From the human T2T-CHM13v2.0 reference genome, Homo sapiens: a DNA stretch of 64,000 nt. The stretch lies in assembly GCF_009914755.1 (NCBI RefSeq), contig NC_060942.1; one strand, 5' to 3'. The notes under the pieces were generated by a model, which searched no databases, was not told where the DNA came from, and was given only the letters and a program-made list of their open reading frames with translations. Of the stretch, positions 41,796-54,650 are shown in pieces. How positions within the stretch are numbered: the first letter of the stretch is position 1; every line of letters begins with the position of its first letter. Both the position numbers and the translations under genes were made by a program.

Positions 41796-42038
41796 GGCCA
41801 GGCATGGTGGCTCACGCCTGTAATCCCAGCACTTTGGGAGGCCAAGGCGGGCGGATCATGAGGTCAGGAGATCAAGGCCATCCTGGCTAACATGGTGAAA
41901 CCCCGTCTCTACTAAAAATAGAGAAAATTAGCCAGGCGTGGTGGCGGGTGCCTGTAGTCCCAGCTACTCAGGAGGCTGAGGCAGGAGAATGGCGAGAACC
42001 TGGGAGGTGGAGGTTGCAGTGACCCGAGATCGCGCCCC
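41796..42038 (+). mobile_element. Alu (AluY/Sc-like), 3'-truncated
   Basis: ggccaggcatggtggctcacgcc...gagatcgcgcc; no poly-A tail. Confidence 0.92.
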
Positions 42039-42554
42039 ATTACTTAAAGGAAGTGGGCTTGTGTTTTGTGGCCTTAAGGATGTAATCTGTTGGTAGGAGG
42101 GAATGAGGGTGTCCTGGTAGGGGTGTCTGGCTTTAGTGTCACCATTCTTTTAGGAATTGCCATGTTGTGGGGTCACGTCTTGTAGGAGAAACGTTCTGAA
42201 GTCATGGGATTCTCTACCCTCCTCTCCTGCTCTTGGTTTCCACCAGCAGCCTGCTTGGTGTGGTTTTGAAATGGAGCAGAGATGGTTTTGATGAGCCTCA
42301 CTGGAGGTGCTGCTGAGATTACCGAGAGGCCTTGCTGGGCACCTGGAGTCAATCATGCCGGGCACTAGCATCCGTCATCTTAGGAGGTAGGGATTATTAT
42401 CCTACCTCCTAAGCCATCCCTGGAGTGGTGGCTTGGAGAAGTTTTCCAGAGAAACCGATCAGTTCATAAAGTTTCTGTAAAGGATTAACACAGTGTAGTC
42501 CAGAAATGTTTGTTCATGAAGTCTTGGTTTTTGGGTTTAAGAAAGTGTTCTCCT

Positions 42555-42903
<349 letters not shown>

Positions 42904-43500
42904 CTAACCCTGCGAGGGAGGGTGAATTAGGCCATTTGTTTACAGTTTCATCAGCACCAGGCGTGCACGGCGTTAGTCATGGTCCTTGCTCTCAAGGCAC
43001 TGTACTTGTAGCAGCAGTATGGTGCAAATGTGCAGCTGAACAGTGGGCACAGGTTCCTGGTTAGCATTTAGTGCCACAGGAATGACAGGGAGGTCTTAAT
43101 TGTGATCGGACCGTGGGAGCTGGATTACCCCAGACTGTAGCTCACTTCCCTGTAAGCTTTTGGTAGGGAGCTTGGAATTAGCACCATTAGTAGAAACAGA
43201 TTTCAAAGGGAATGGTACCTGTTCCGTATGAAACACTTTAAAACTCCCGGTGTCCACACGTCTTTAAAAAAGAGGCTTAAAGCAGTTTCATTTCATCAAC
43301 CCCAAACTGGAGAAGCTATGAATGACCACACTGATGAATATGTCCTAAAATATATGTATATTATATAAAGTGTAAAAACAGACAAGCAGGAACATACTAC
43401 CAGTTTCTATCACAGCTACCCTTAAACTATCATTGGAGGGCAATTAAGTGGGTACAACCTCTAGCTATTTGGAAATATGTATAAAAATGACAAATGCCTG

Positions 43501-43870
<370 letters not shown>

Positions 43871-43878
43871 TCATGCAG

Positions 43879-44034
43879 CAGATACATATGCACACGTACA
43901 GAGAAGGATGCAACAGATACATATGCACACGCATACAGAGAAGGATACGTATGCACACGCGCACAGAGAAGGATACATATGCACACGCACACAGAGAAGG
44001 ATACGTATGCACACGGGAACAGAGAAGGATGCAC
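43879..44034. repeat. ~28-bp tandem repeat, ~5 copies, inside an old L1-like fragment
   Basis: GATAC(A/G)TATGCACACGC(A/G)CACAGAGAAG repeated; explains the cluster of repetitive ORFs here. Confidence 0.9.
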
Positions 44035-47000
44035 AAGAACATACATTCCCTAGTTGACGGAGTCGCAGATTAGAAACAACAGAAAAGCGTCCATTAAACA
44101 ACAGTTTGAACCTGTGTTGAGATATCAGCATCCCTTCTCCTTCTCTCCCCCACTCCCTCTGCCCTCTGCAGGTTTTATTCTCAGCCTGATTTTCTCCATT
44201 GGATGTCAGCCCTAGGCTGGCATTTGCAGAGAGAGATGGTGGCTCCTGCAGAGCTTACGGCCTGTATTTTATTGGGCTGTGTTGAGTTACCCCTGATGTG
44301 AGCAGGAGAATGGGATGTTCTGTAAATTGGCCTCTAGCCCATCGTGAATTCATATTTTTTTTATAATGTGTGAGTCACACTCCCTTCTGTCTTCATTTCC
44401 TTTTCACACTCCCAGCAGATCATTCTCTCTATTCTGATTGGCATTTTATACATGAGGCAGCAGAGGCTGAGACCTACTGTATTTTGAGACACTGTAGCTT
44501 TATATGGCATAATTAAATCATAGTCATCAATCACTCTTAGGAGGTAAGGATTATTATTGGCATTTTCCAGATGAGAAAAATGGAGGATGAGAAAGGTTAG
44601 GCATCTTGCTGAAGTCACAGCAGACTTAAGTGCCGGAGTTGGAGCTGCATTCCGGTATGCTTGCATAGACTCTCTTCTCATGCTCACTGCACGCCAGTCA
44701 CCTGGTATGCTGAGGCCCTGCCTCCAGGCCTTCTGATTCAGCTGGTCTGCAGCCCTGGCATTTCCAGCTCCTCAGGTGATTGGAATGAAAGCCAGAGCTG
44801 GGAGCCACTGGTCTACACCACCAGTAAATGATCGGGTTCTCACTTGATCATTTAATTAAGAATCTTGGTTTTCTGCTTTCAGTCTGAGAACTCTTGTTCA
44901 TGCTCTCAGGCATGTCTTCACGCAGGAAAGTGATCTTTGAAATTAATAGGTGCTTGGAAAGCCTTTAAGCAGCAGGCAGTGGAGAAGGCCACTCAGTAGG
45001 AAGGGCCGAGCATGAAGCCTAGTGCACAGGCTTTTCAAGACCCCACGGAGGGTCTTCAGAAAAATGGGTTTCCTTTGTCTCCGTGGCTTCCAGTCTTTGT
45101 TGGCCAGCAGTTGTCTGCTTCAAATGAGCTGGCTCTAGAGGGGCCTGGAGAACCCAGAAAAACTTTGTGACAACCTGACAAGTTTGTGTTAATCTTCTGG
45201 GCATTGGCTTTCTGCACTTATTGCTCACTGAATCACTGAACCAGGCAGGTGGGGTACTGGAGGGCAGGGGATGGGTAAGAAGGGCAGCCTTTGGAAGGAA
45301 AATCAGCAGAGGGCAGGGACCGGGGAAGAAGGAGTAAGAAGGGAAACCCTTTTCTTAGGTTCTTATAAATCAGAAGAGCAATAAAGAAAAAATTTAAATC
45401 TAAAAAATACATGATTAGGATTTAAATCCAGTATGCTTCACTACATATAAACCTTTGACTTAATATTTTCTGTAGTAGATGAAAATAGGACTTTTTTTGT
45501 TTCCCTTCTCTTCACATGGTATTGAGTTTTTTTGTGTTCTGAATACGTGTTAAGATTAATTATGAAAATCAAATTACCAGATACTTGAAATATAAAATTA
45601 GTAATATTCAAAGACGATTAAATGCACGATTTCCTTTTCTCATAAAAAAAGAAGCAGACGGAACTTGTATTCTGAAAGCAAATATGGAAATCACATTAAA
45701 AATCAGAAAATCCTCACCACCGCCCCCCACCCCCATGTGCATTTCATTTCTCTTTGGTCTGAGTTCAAGGGAGAGAGAATATGAATGTGCTGCTAGCTCA
45801 GGAAGCTTCAGTTCTAACTTTCTAAAGAGCTGGGAATGTGCTTGAGTCTCTGTTATCTCTTGTTTGCATTTTTCGCTACTTTGCCTCCATTTGATCCAGG
45901 GAAAACTTCATGGTAGGGATGTGAGATGTATTTTGAGGGCTAAAAGAAAGGAGTTTGAACAAAAGCAGGACAGTGTTCCGAATGTGGAAGCAAAGAGTCC
46001 TTCCAAGGGGATGTGCGGCCAACGCCTCTGTTCAGCGATAGTCCAGCTGAGACCAGGACCTGTGCCTGATGCCCAGGCCACCCCACAGGACGGTCCTCCA
46101 GCACCTCATTTCTCCTTTCATCAGACACCTCTTCACTGGCCTACTGGGAGAAAACGGAGATGAGTGAAAATGTGCATACAGAACATAGGGCTCAAAGGGA
46201 CCCTAGCACCAGTGGTGCTCAAGCCTGTCCCAGCATTAGCGTCACCTGGGAGCTCCAAAAACATATTGTTGCCAAGACTCAGTCCAAAGCAAGTGACTTC
46301 CTTGGCCTGGAGTGAGATGTGGGTGGCCAGGGTCAGGAACCACCGAGTGGGTCCACCTCTGCAGACTGGGAAACAGAGTCTGGGAGGCTGCTTGTTCCCT
46401 CAAGGACCTGAAGTGACATGGGGAGGCAGGACTAGCCTTGGGGCTCCTAATTCTGTCCTGGCCTGTATTCCAGTGTGCCGTGGGGCACGTCCAATTTGAA
46501 TCTGGCCCCAGTACACTCTCAAGCCCTGTGTTGCTCTGGTCCCACAGCTTCTGCCCTTGACTTTCCATATAACAGCACATTGGTGGCCAGGGCTTTGCAC
46601 TAACCTACCTGCCTCCAACATTGTTTTTGAATAATGGAAGCTAAGCAGATGCATATTAATGCCTGCATTATGGAGAAGACTGTCTCTTCACAAGTAATCT
46701 GTAGTTGTTAGTCTTGAAAGTGGGTTAATTCATTGTCTTTCTAGAGAAAATGATTGCATGGCCTAATAGTCTTCCAGTTAGTCTGTGTGGCAAGGTAGAA
46801 GCCAGGAGTGGATTCTTAGCTCCTGTTGAGTGCTGCTGTCCTGAATCAGAGATCTTCTCTCCCGGGCCACTTTGTCATGAGCAGGATTTTGAACCAAGAC
46901 CTTTTCTTCACCTGTCTCGGGGGCCCTCACCGTGGGCTTTGTGATCCCCTGACAGCTCCAAAAGCCTTTATCCTCATCCAATATCTGGTGAACAGCTGAC

Positions 47001-48751
47001 ACCTCCTGGGAATCTTTAAAATTGTTCTCTAAAGAAACCATTCTGCTGCAAGTACCTATTTTTAGACTTTATAAAGCCCACGTCAGGTTGTCGCTGCCTT
47101 TCTCTCTGTCTGCTAAGCCTGCTGTTTGAAAGGCAGCAACAGGATCTTTTGTCTTTAAAAGTTCAGCCCCAGCTGGTGCATTCCCCACTTGAACTCCATA
47201 GCCCTGGTGTGCTCTGGGGTACGTCTCTTCCAAAACCCAAACCACAGGCAGTGACCTTTACACCCCAGGAGTTGAAATAATACACCTGGAGGAAGAAAAT
47301 AACTTACAAACAATGAGCCTAGAGTATAAATGGCTATGTTTTAAAACCCTCGATTTTCCTTGGGCGTATTTAACCTGTACAGCTAGACTGTTGTGAGTTT
47401 TGGGCTCTCTAGGGGGCTGTCCAAGTTCAGAACAAGTGCATCTGCTGGCAGCCAGCTTAAGGAGTTAGCAGCCCTCAATTCCAATAACGAACGTGTAAAT
47501 CAGAATTCAGGTGTGTTGAAGTGGGGCCTTGCACACATCCTGGTCAGCCCAGGGTGATTTCCTCTCTGGCCAGTGGTTTTGGGTTTTTTCTTCACATGAA
47601 CTCGTCTGTTGTAACTAATGGTCACTGAGTGACTTCAGAGGTAGTGATAGCTCATAGTGAAGCCCGTGACCCACAGCGGTGGGCACACCTCGATCCCTTC
47701 TCCTTTTCCTCCATCCCCACCTTTCTCTCCTTACTTCATCCCTTCCTCTTTCCACATTGGGTCATCCAGCAGAAGTCAAGTATCTTCTATTTCATATCTT
47801 TATTGAATAAGAGTTTTACGATCCATGTTATTGAAGTAGGTAAATGGAATCTCTTATGTGGAATTCTCTAAAAAAGAATCAAAACTCCAGTCAAACCAAA
47901 CCAAGTATTCCAAATCGTTTTTAGGGAAAAAAGATATAATTAGAAAAGACTGGAGAGGGTATGCAAACTATTAACATTATGTTAGGGTGGTAGGAGTATA
48001 AGTTATATTTGCTTTTTCTGAATTTCTAAATTTTCTTCAATTAACATATTGTTCAAAGTATCAAATACATAGAAGGAAGAGTGTGCATGCCTGTTATCTA
48101 GCAAACACACTTCATGCAAAGAAACTCTCCTAAGGAAGTATGAAGTTATATTTTATCCTTATCTATCCAAAGAGAGTGTGTGTGTGTCATATACCTAAAG
48201 AATTAGTTATTAAGATGAAGCATTGCTTATAATGAAAAAGTTGAAGCACCCTAAATTAGCTTAATAATGGTATATCTTTATAATGGAATAGTATAAAGCC
48301 ATTAGAAATGATGTTACAGATAAGTATTTAATGTTATGGAAACATTTTATAACATAGAATGAAAAGTAAATTGTAGATTGGTTTGTATAATTTGATCTCA
48401 TCTTAGGAAACACATAATACAGAAATATAGATGAAGGTCTGAAGGGTATTAATGCCCTAATGTATTAGTAGCATTACCTCAGAGAAGCAGGCTCATGAGT
48501 GTTTATTTTCTTTTCTTCTAACTAAGTATGTATATGTGTAAGTGTGTCTGTATACAGGAGATGTACATACACTTTTCTTGTGAAGAATCTGTATTGCATT
48601 TACTACTGGAAGGGTTTATTTTAGATTTAGATATTAAAGTTACCTCTTTGAGTGAGAACCTATGATTTATACTTCTTAGCTTACCTTTTACCTCCATTAT
48701 TTAAATCTGTCTTTTTCTGCCATCAAATAGAAGATGTAACAGTGATAAAAA

Positions 48752-49058
48752 GGCTGGGTATGGTGGCTTACACCTAAAATCCCAGCACTTTAGGAGGCCA
48801 GGGGTTCGAGACCATCCTGAACATAGCGAGTGACGTAGTGAGACCCCATACCTACAGATTTTTAAAAGGTTAGCCAGACGTGGTGGTGTGTGCCTGTAGC
48901 CCCAGCTACTCAGGAAGCTGAGGTGGGAGGATTGCTTGAGCCCAGGAGGTCAAGGCTGCAGTGAGTCATGAATACACCACTGCCCTTCATTCAGCCTGGG
49001 TGGCAGAGTGAGACTCTGTCTCTAAAAGTATAATATTTTAAGAAAGAAAAAACAAAAA
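48752..49058 (+). mobile_element. Alu (AluJ-like)
   Basis: ggaggattgcttgagcccaggaggtcaaggctgcagtgag; TSD agtgataaaaa. Confidence 0.9.
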
Positions 49059-49683
49059 CTAGTGATAAAAAGAACTTACAACAAACTGATTTTTAAGTGG
49101 ACTGTTGATAATTATAAGGGCTGAGATTTTTAATTGCCATTTGTATCAATGAATAACCCCCCTGTCACCACATTTTCTGGTGTGTTTGGTGTGTCTGGTT
49201 CCTATAGGAGAGACAGTAATGCTATTTGACATGCTTTATTGCTGATTAGAAGCCTAATCTCTGTAATGGGAAGCTCAGTAATGAAGCTTGTTCAGAATTG
49301 TGTTACAGTCGGTTAATGAAGCTCTGAGATCAAGGGCCTGGCTTTTGATGGCCCCTATTTCAGAATCCAGAGGTTTGTTTCTATTTATTTGGGTTTTGCA
49401 GGTAAGTTCCCTGGACTGAGGTGATCTGAAGGTTAGCTCTGCTATAATAGGTAAATTGCTAAGAAAAACATTGGCCTTGGTATGTACAACTTAAAATTTT
49501 ATTGGTGAGATAGTCTTCTTACAAAACAATCACGTTAAGCTAGAACTTGGTGTATAACCAGCATATATACTCCTGCCACCCTCAGTGTGTAGCCAAAGTT
49601 CTAAATTGCATGCACAGATAACAGGCATATAATTGGTGATTTCAGAAAAGTTATACCTGGTGGGCAGTGAGAGGCGAGCCCTG

Positions 49684-50129
<446 letters not shown>

Positions 50130-53100
50130 CTAAATATGTGAGCCTGGACCATTAAACTGTGTGACAAGGAGCTGTCATCTTAACATACAGACATTAAATG
50201 CATTGTTCAAGATCAGAAATGATTTCTTGGTTCTGAGGCACTATTGACTGTGTGTAAGGTGCCATCGTTAATTTGGTAACAAGGGGAGACAGTGGCAGGG
50301 AAGTTCCTTTTGCCTGTCTTGTGATAGGCTTCCTATTTTCTCAAAGGTTAAGATATTAAATTGTCTTAAGCAAAGAAGGTATTTAAGGGCATCATCAGGG
50401 TTAGTTCTCAGGTCTCCTGACTCCTAGCTTCTCTAGTTTAGTGATTCACGTTAGCCTTTCAACAGTTTACCACTCACTTTAATGGTTTTTCCTAGCTGTC
50501 TTGACATGCTTTTCACTGCTTACATGGTTAGTTTCCTACCTAGCTGAATGCAGGCATCTGTGCTGTCTGCTGGGTTCGCTGGTGGTGATGCAGCCCACAG
50601 GTACCTGTCTCTTTGAGGGGAGTTCAGCAACCATCTATTTATGTCGAAAGGCACTGTACTGGGAGATGAAGAACACGGAGTTCTAGGCCTCCAGGAATTT
50701 ATCATCACTTGCTAATTTGAGCTGAGCCTGGCACTTGAACATAGGCCATAGATTTCCAGATGTGAAAAAAAGAAAGAAAGAAAGAAAAGGATCCTTTAAT
50801 GTATAGACTTGTCTTTCTGCCTGCTTTCTTCACTTCTGATCATTTTAAACAATTGATATCCTAGTTTGATGTGATCATGTTCCAACACAGCACAACAGCA
50901 TGTATGGTTTGGGGCATGCACCTGTGGCAGTTGCAAAGGTTTTTACAGTGAAGTGGCTAAGAGGAGAGTAAGACCAGTGTATAGGGTGTGGATGAGGTCA
51001 GATGCGAGACTATTTCTTGATTTGAGTCATTTTATTTAGGAGCTATTTCTTTGGAATACTTTATATATGAGAATGTACATCTGATTGGAAGACAGAAGGT
51101 ACTGAAATTTACCTCTTGATCAAATTATTCTGGTATAAAATTAAACTAAATACCAATCATATACTTAATTTCACAGACTTGCAAATAATATACTGGGGTA
51201 ATGGAAGTAAGAGACAGGACCTTTTATGTGGTATGAAGTTCTGTGATAATTCCTATCTTCCTTTGTACCTAAAAGAGGCACCCTCTCCTGTCATACTGCA
51301 AACAGATGCCACTACTACGTGTAGACACATTTGCCAGCTGTGGCACAGCTGGTCACCCAGCCCTCATCACAGCTGCCTGTAAAACCCAGATTTATTCTCT
51401 TCCCCCTGATCTTTTTTAGAAATTACTGGTATCGTTTTAGAGAGTATCCAACTTACACACACCACTTAAATAATGAATTTTCCAATTTCTTCTTTTTCCA
51501 CGGCCTTCACGTCATCTGGTAAATATTCCCCTCAGGTTGGCATCTGCTTCTGAGACCCTGCTGGACCTAGATATATTCACCAGAGATGGGTGAAGGCTTT
51601 GGAAGAGTGAAGTGGTTAGGAACATTTCTTCCGATATCTCCTGCTCATTGTTTTTGACCTCTCTGATTTCCAGTATATTCTCTGCTCCAGCCACACAGCT
51701 TTCCTGAACAGCTAAGTCTTGCTCACCGGTCAGGGACCAGCTCAAAGGCTGTCCCTTTTTAAATTTATTTCCTGGGTCTTCTCCTGGCCTCTTCCCTGCA
51801 CTCGGTGAAGATGCCTGCCCCATGGTTTTCAGTAGCGTTGGCTCTTAGCTGTTCCGTTCTGGGGAAGGATTGGTTGTTTTCCTTTTCTCCATGTGTGTTG
51901 TGAATTTCATTCTGTGTCACCGCATCACGCGAGGTGGGTAGGGAAGAGAACTTTTACGCTCCCCGCTGTCGTTAGTGGCCTGATTACGAGTCTGTGGGAA
52001 AGAATGAAGGTTGGAAAGAAGATCTGGTGGGAAAGAACAAGGGTTGTCCTTGAGCAGCCAAACTAAGCTGTGAGAATGTTAATGTAATAAAGCAGGAATT
52101 CTAATGGGCTGCCTGCTACAGAGGAGATGGGAGATGGTGTAGGGCTCATGACTGTAAAAGCAGGAGCCACCAGCAGATGGTGATGCGGCCTCTTGGCCCA
52201 GGTGGGACTCTGCATCTCCCCCTCCCATGGACATTCACTTGATAAGTGTTGGGCCGGTCACCCATGCCCTGGTCGTTCTTATCTTATCGAAGAGTGCTAA
52301 TATAAGTAAGCTGTAAATTCCCATTGTAAGAAATAATTGCCTTTTAAAAGGGAGCATTCAAGAAAAAGACCTTTTGGCTCAATAAAGCCTTTATTTTCCT
52401 CAACACTCTTGGCTCTTAAAAGGGGCCTGTTCTTGGCCTTGAAGTGGGAATTTACACAGAACTTTAAACAGAAGAAACCCCCTCTGCCTTGGGCTGCAAC
52501 TTGTTGTCCCTGGCAGGGTTTGGGCTGTGGGGTCATGGGATCTGTTTGTTTGACCGTTGTATGCAAAAATGATTTTAAAATTGGCCTCCCTAATCTGTTG
52601 GAGACATTAGTTAAAAAAAAAATGAGAGTAAAGAGGAAAATATTTTGCTATTGGGTATGCACTGGATCCATTTTTAAACTGAGAGAAGGTGAAAGGGGTG
52701 ACTGGTTGATTTCGGATAATACTTTTAGAGCCACGGGGAACTGTGAAAGACAAGAAAATGTAAAAAAAGCACATTGATTGCAGGACCGGTGGTCCAAAAG
52801 CAGCACGTGAAAGAGGTTTCAAGGCTGTTTCTACAAACAAGAATGCCAAAGGTGGCATAGGACAAGAAGCTTGCTGGATGTCACGAAGCTAGTGGAGATG
52901 GGATCCAAAGCTAGTTTTGGCTGATGAAAATACAGGCTCATGCCCTGTATGTGAGGACAGTGGGACAGTAATTTAAACAGAAGTATCTAGAGGAGTTTCC
53001 TTATTGCCTTGAATGTATTTCTTTTTAACATTGCTATGGACATTTAGGAAAAGATGCCACTGATATTCCAAAAGGGGCATTCCATACACCTGAGAGGGAT

Positions 53101-53259
53101 CCCTGAGGCTCCAGGGTCACCTGGGCCAAGCCAGGTATACACACGTCTCATGGCAAGTTGGCTGTTATCATAACTTCCCTGGTGTTGTTTTGTTGCAAGG
53201 GCAGCATTGTGGGGCTGTGGTTTGAATTGCTTTTTTGTGTCTCTTGAATACACGAAGTT

Positions 53260-53620
53260 CCTCCTATAGTCATTGGCTCTGCTGCCTCTGATGAGGCACT
53301 TCCGTGTTCCCCACATTTGAATTTGCTCCCGATTCGAGAGAGGCAGGCATCCGCGGCAGCAGCTTCCAACCCAGACAGGCTTAAGCCGCGCGAGGGTGCC
53401 CGGGTGGGTGGCTGCGCAGGGCCCTACCTGGGCGGGAGCGGCTGCAGAGCCCTGTCCACGCGGTGCCTCCCCAGCACGGCACCTCCCACTCCAGGCTGTT
53501 GGTTACCTGGCCGGGAGCTGGCGGAGACCAGGATTTCTCCTCGCCGCCGTTGCTGTTGTTAGGGGAAACAGACCATCTGCATCTAGACCTGCCTCTCTCT
53601 CCGCTCCCCACTTCAGACGA
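53260..53620 (+). promoter_or_regulatory. Small CpG island / internal promoter
   Basis: Local CpG and GC enrichment against an AT-rich background; reverse CCAAT (ATTGG 53272-53276), ETS/GABP-type CACTTCCG (53297-53304) and GGGCGG box (53430-53435) upstream of or within the exon. Confidence 0.7.
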
Positions 53621-53641
53621 GCTCTTCCTGCCTGGAATCTG
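53385..53641 (+). other. NEDD4L: Alternative internal first exon of NEDD4L (KIAA0439-type 5' end); 5' boundary approximate
   Basis: CpG-rich segment ending in a consensus donor CTG|GTAAGT (GT 53642-53643). The frame open from 53385 (after TAA 53382-53384) reads ...PGGWLRRALPGRERLQSPVHAVPPQHGTSHSRLLVTW...SDELFLPGI+TG, which I recall as the KIAA0439 cDNA N-terminus. It ends in phase 2, like exon 2. Confidence 0.8.
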
Positions 53642-54616
53642 GTAAGTGCCACCGAAGGTTCCGTTCCCTTTATTACTCGATTAGTGCCCACAGCATCAGG
53701 AGAAGGTTCTCTTACCGTGAATCCATTAGCTTTAACCCAAATGTGCAGGATTAGGGGGATTATTTGAACTTGCTTGCTTTCTTTTTAAAATGTCCATTAG
53801 ACATTTTTTGCATGCTTCAAAATCAAAAGGCGGCACAGTGAAAACATTTTAATTATTTATGTATTTAACCTGTATCATCTTGTTTCTAACCTCTTTTCTT
53901 CAGGGTGGTGCAGTCAAAAATTACACAGATATTGCTCTGGTGCCTCTCCCCCCTTTTATGAATAAATTACTGCATTTGTCATCACTGTGTTCCTGAAATG
54001 TCAAAAATAGACACTGTAAAGGAATCTGTCATGCAGAGTTCAGAAATTTTCAAATTTCTGAGTTCAAAACCTCAGGTGAAGCGAGGACAGATCTTTTATT
54101 TAAAATTTGATTCTTTGTAGGCTTCACTGTGAAATAAGTTCAATTTAGAGCATAGCTAATGCAATCAGCCAGCTCGTGATGGGACAACATACTTCTCTAT
54201 TGTTTTACATTCACCTCCTGGGATACACACACTTTCTCATTTGTTTTATAACCTTTACAGGAAATACCTGGGGATGAGTCACATGACCCCTAACTTGAGT
54301 TTTTACATGTATTCACCCAGATTAAATGATTTTGCTCTTATATGGATAAACGTGCAGTTAGGAACTTTAAAAAATTGTAAATGAGGTGCATAATCATTAC
54401 TCATTGTCTTTTACTGCATTCTTCAGCCCTCAAACATACAAACTGTTATTCCCTTTAAGAGAAAATAAAACTGGCACTTATGTTTTCCTTTACTCTAAGT
54501 TAAAGACTACCCATGTTATGTGCCATTAAAAAAGATGTAGAAATTAATCTGTCTTTTTCTTTGACCTAATCTTACTAGCAGGGATATTGGGGCTCTACTT
54601 TTCTGTTCTCTCTCTC

Positions 54617-54650
<34 letters not shown>

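Noticed and set aside
52337-52777. 146-aa ORF upstream of the CpG island
   Set aside because: TTG start, no recognisable domain, no splice support; consistent with chance.
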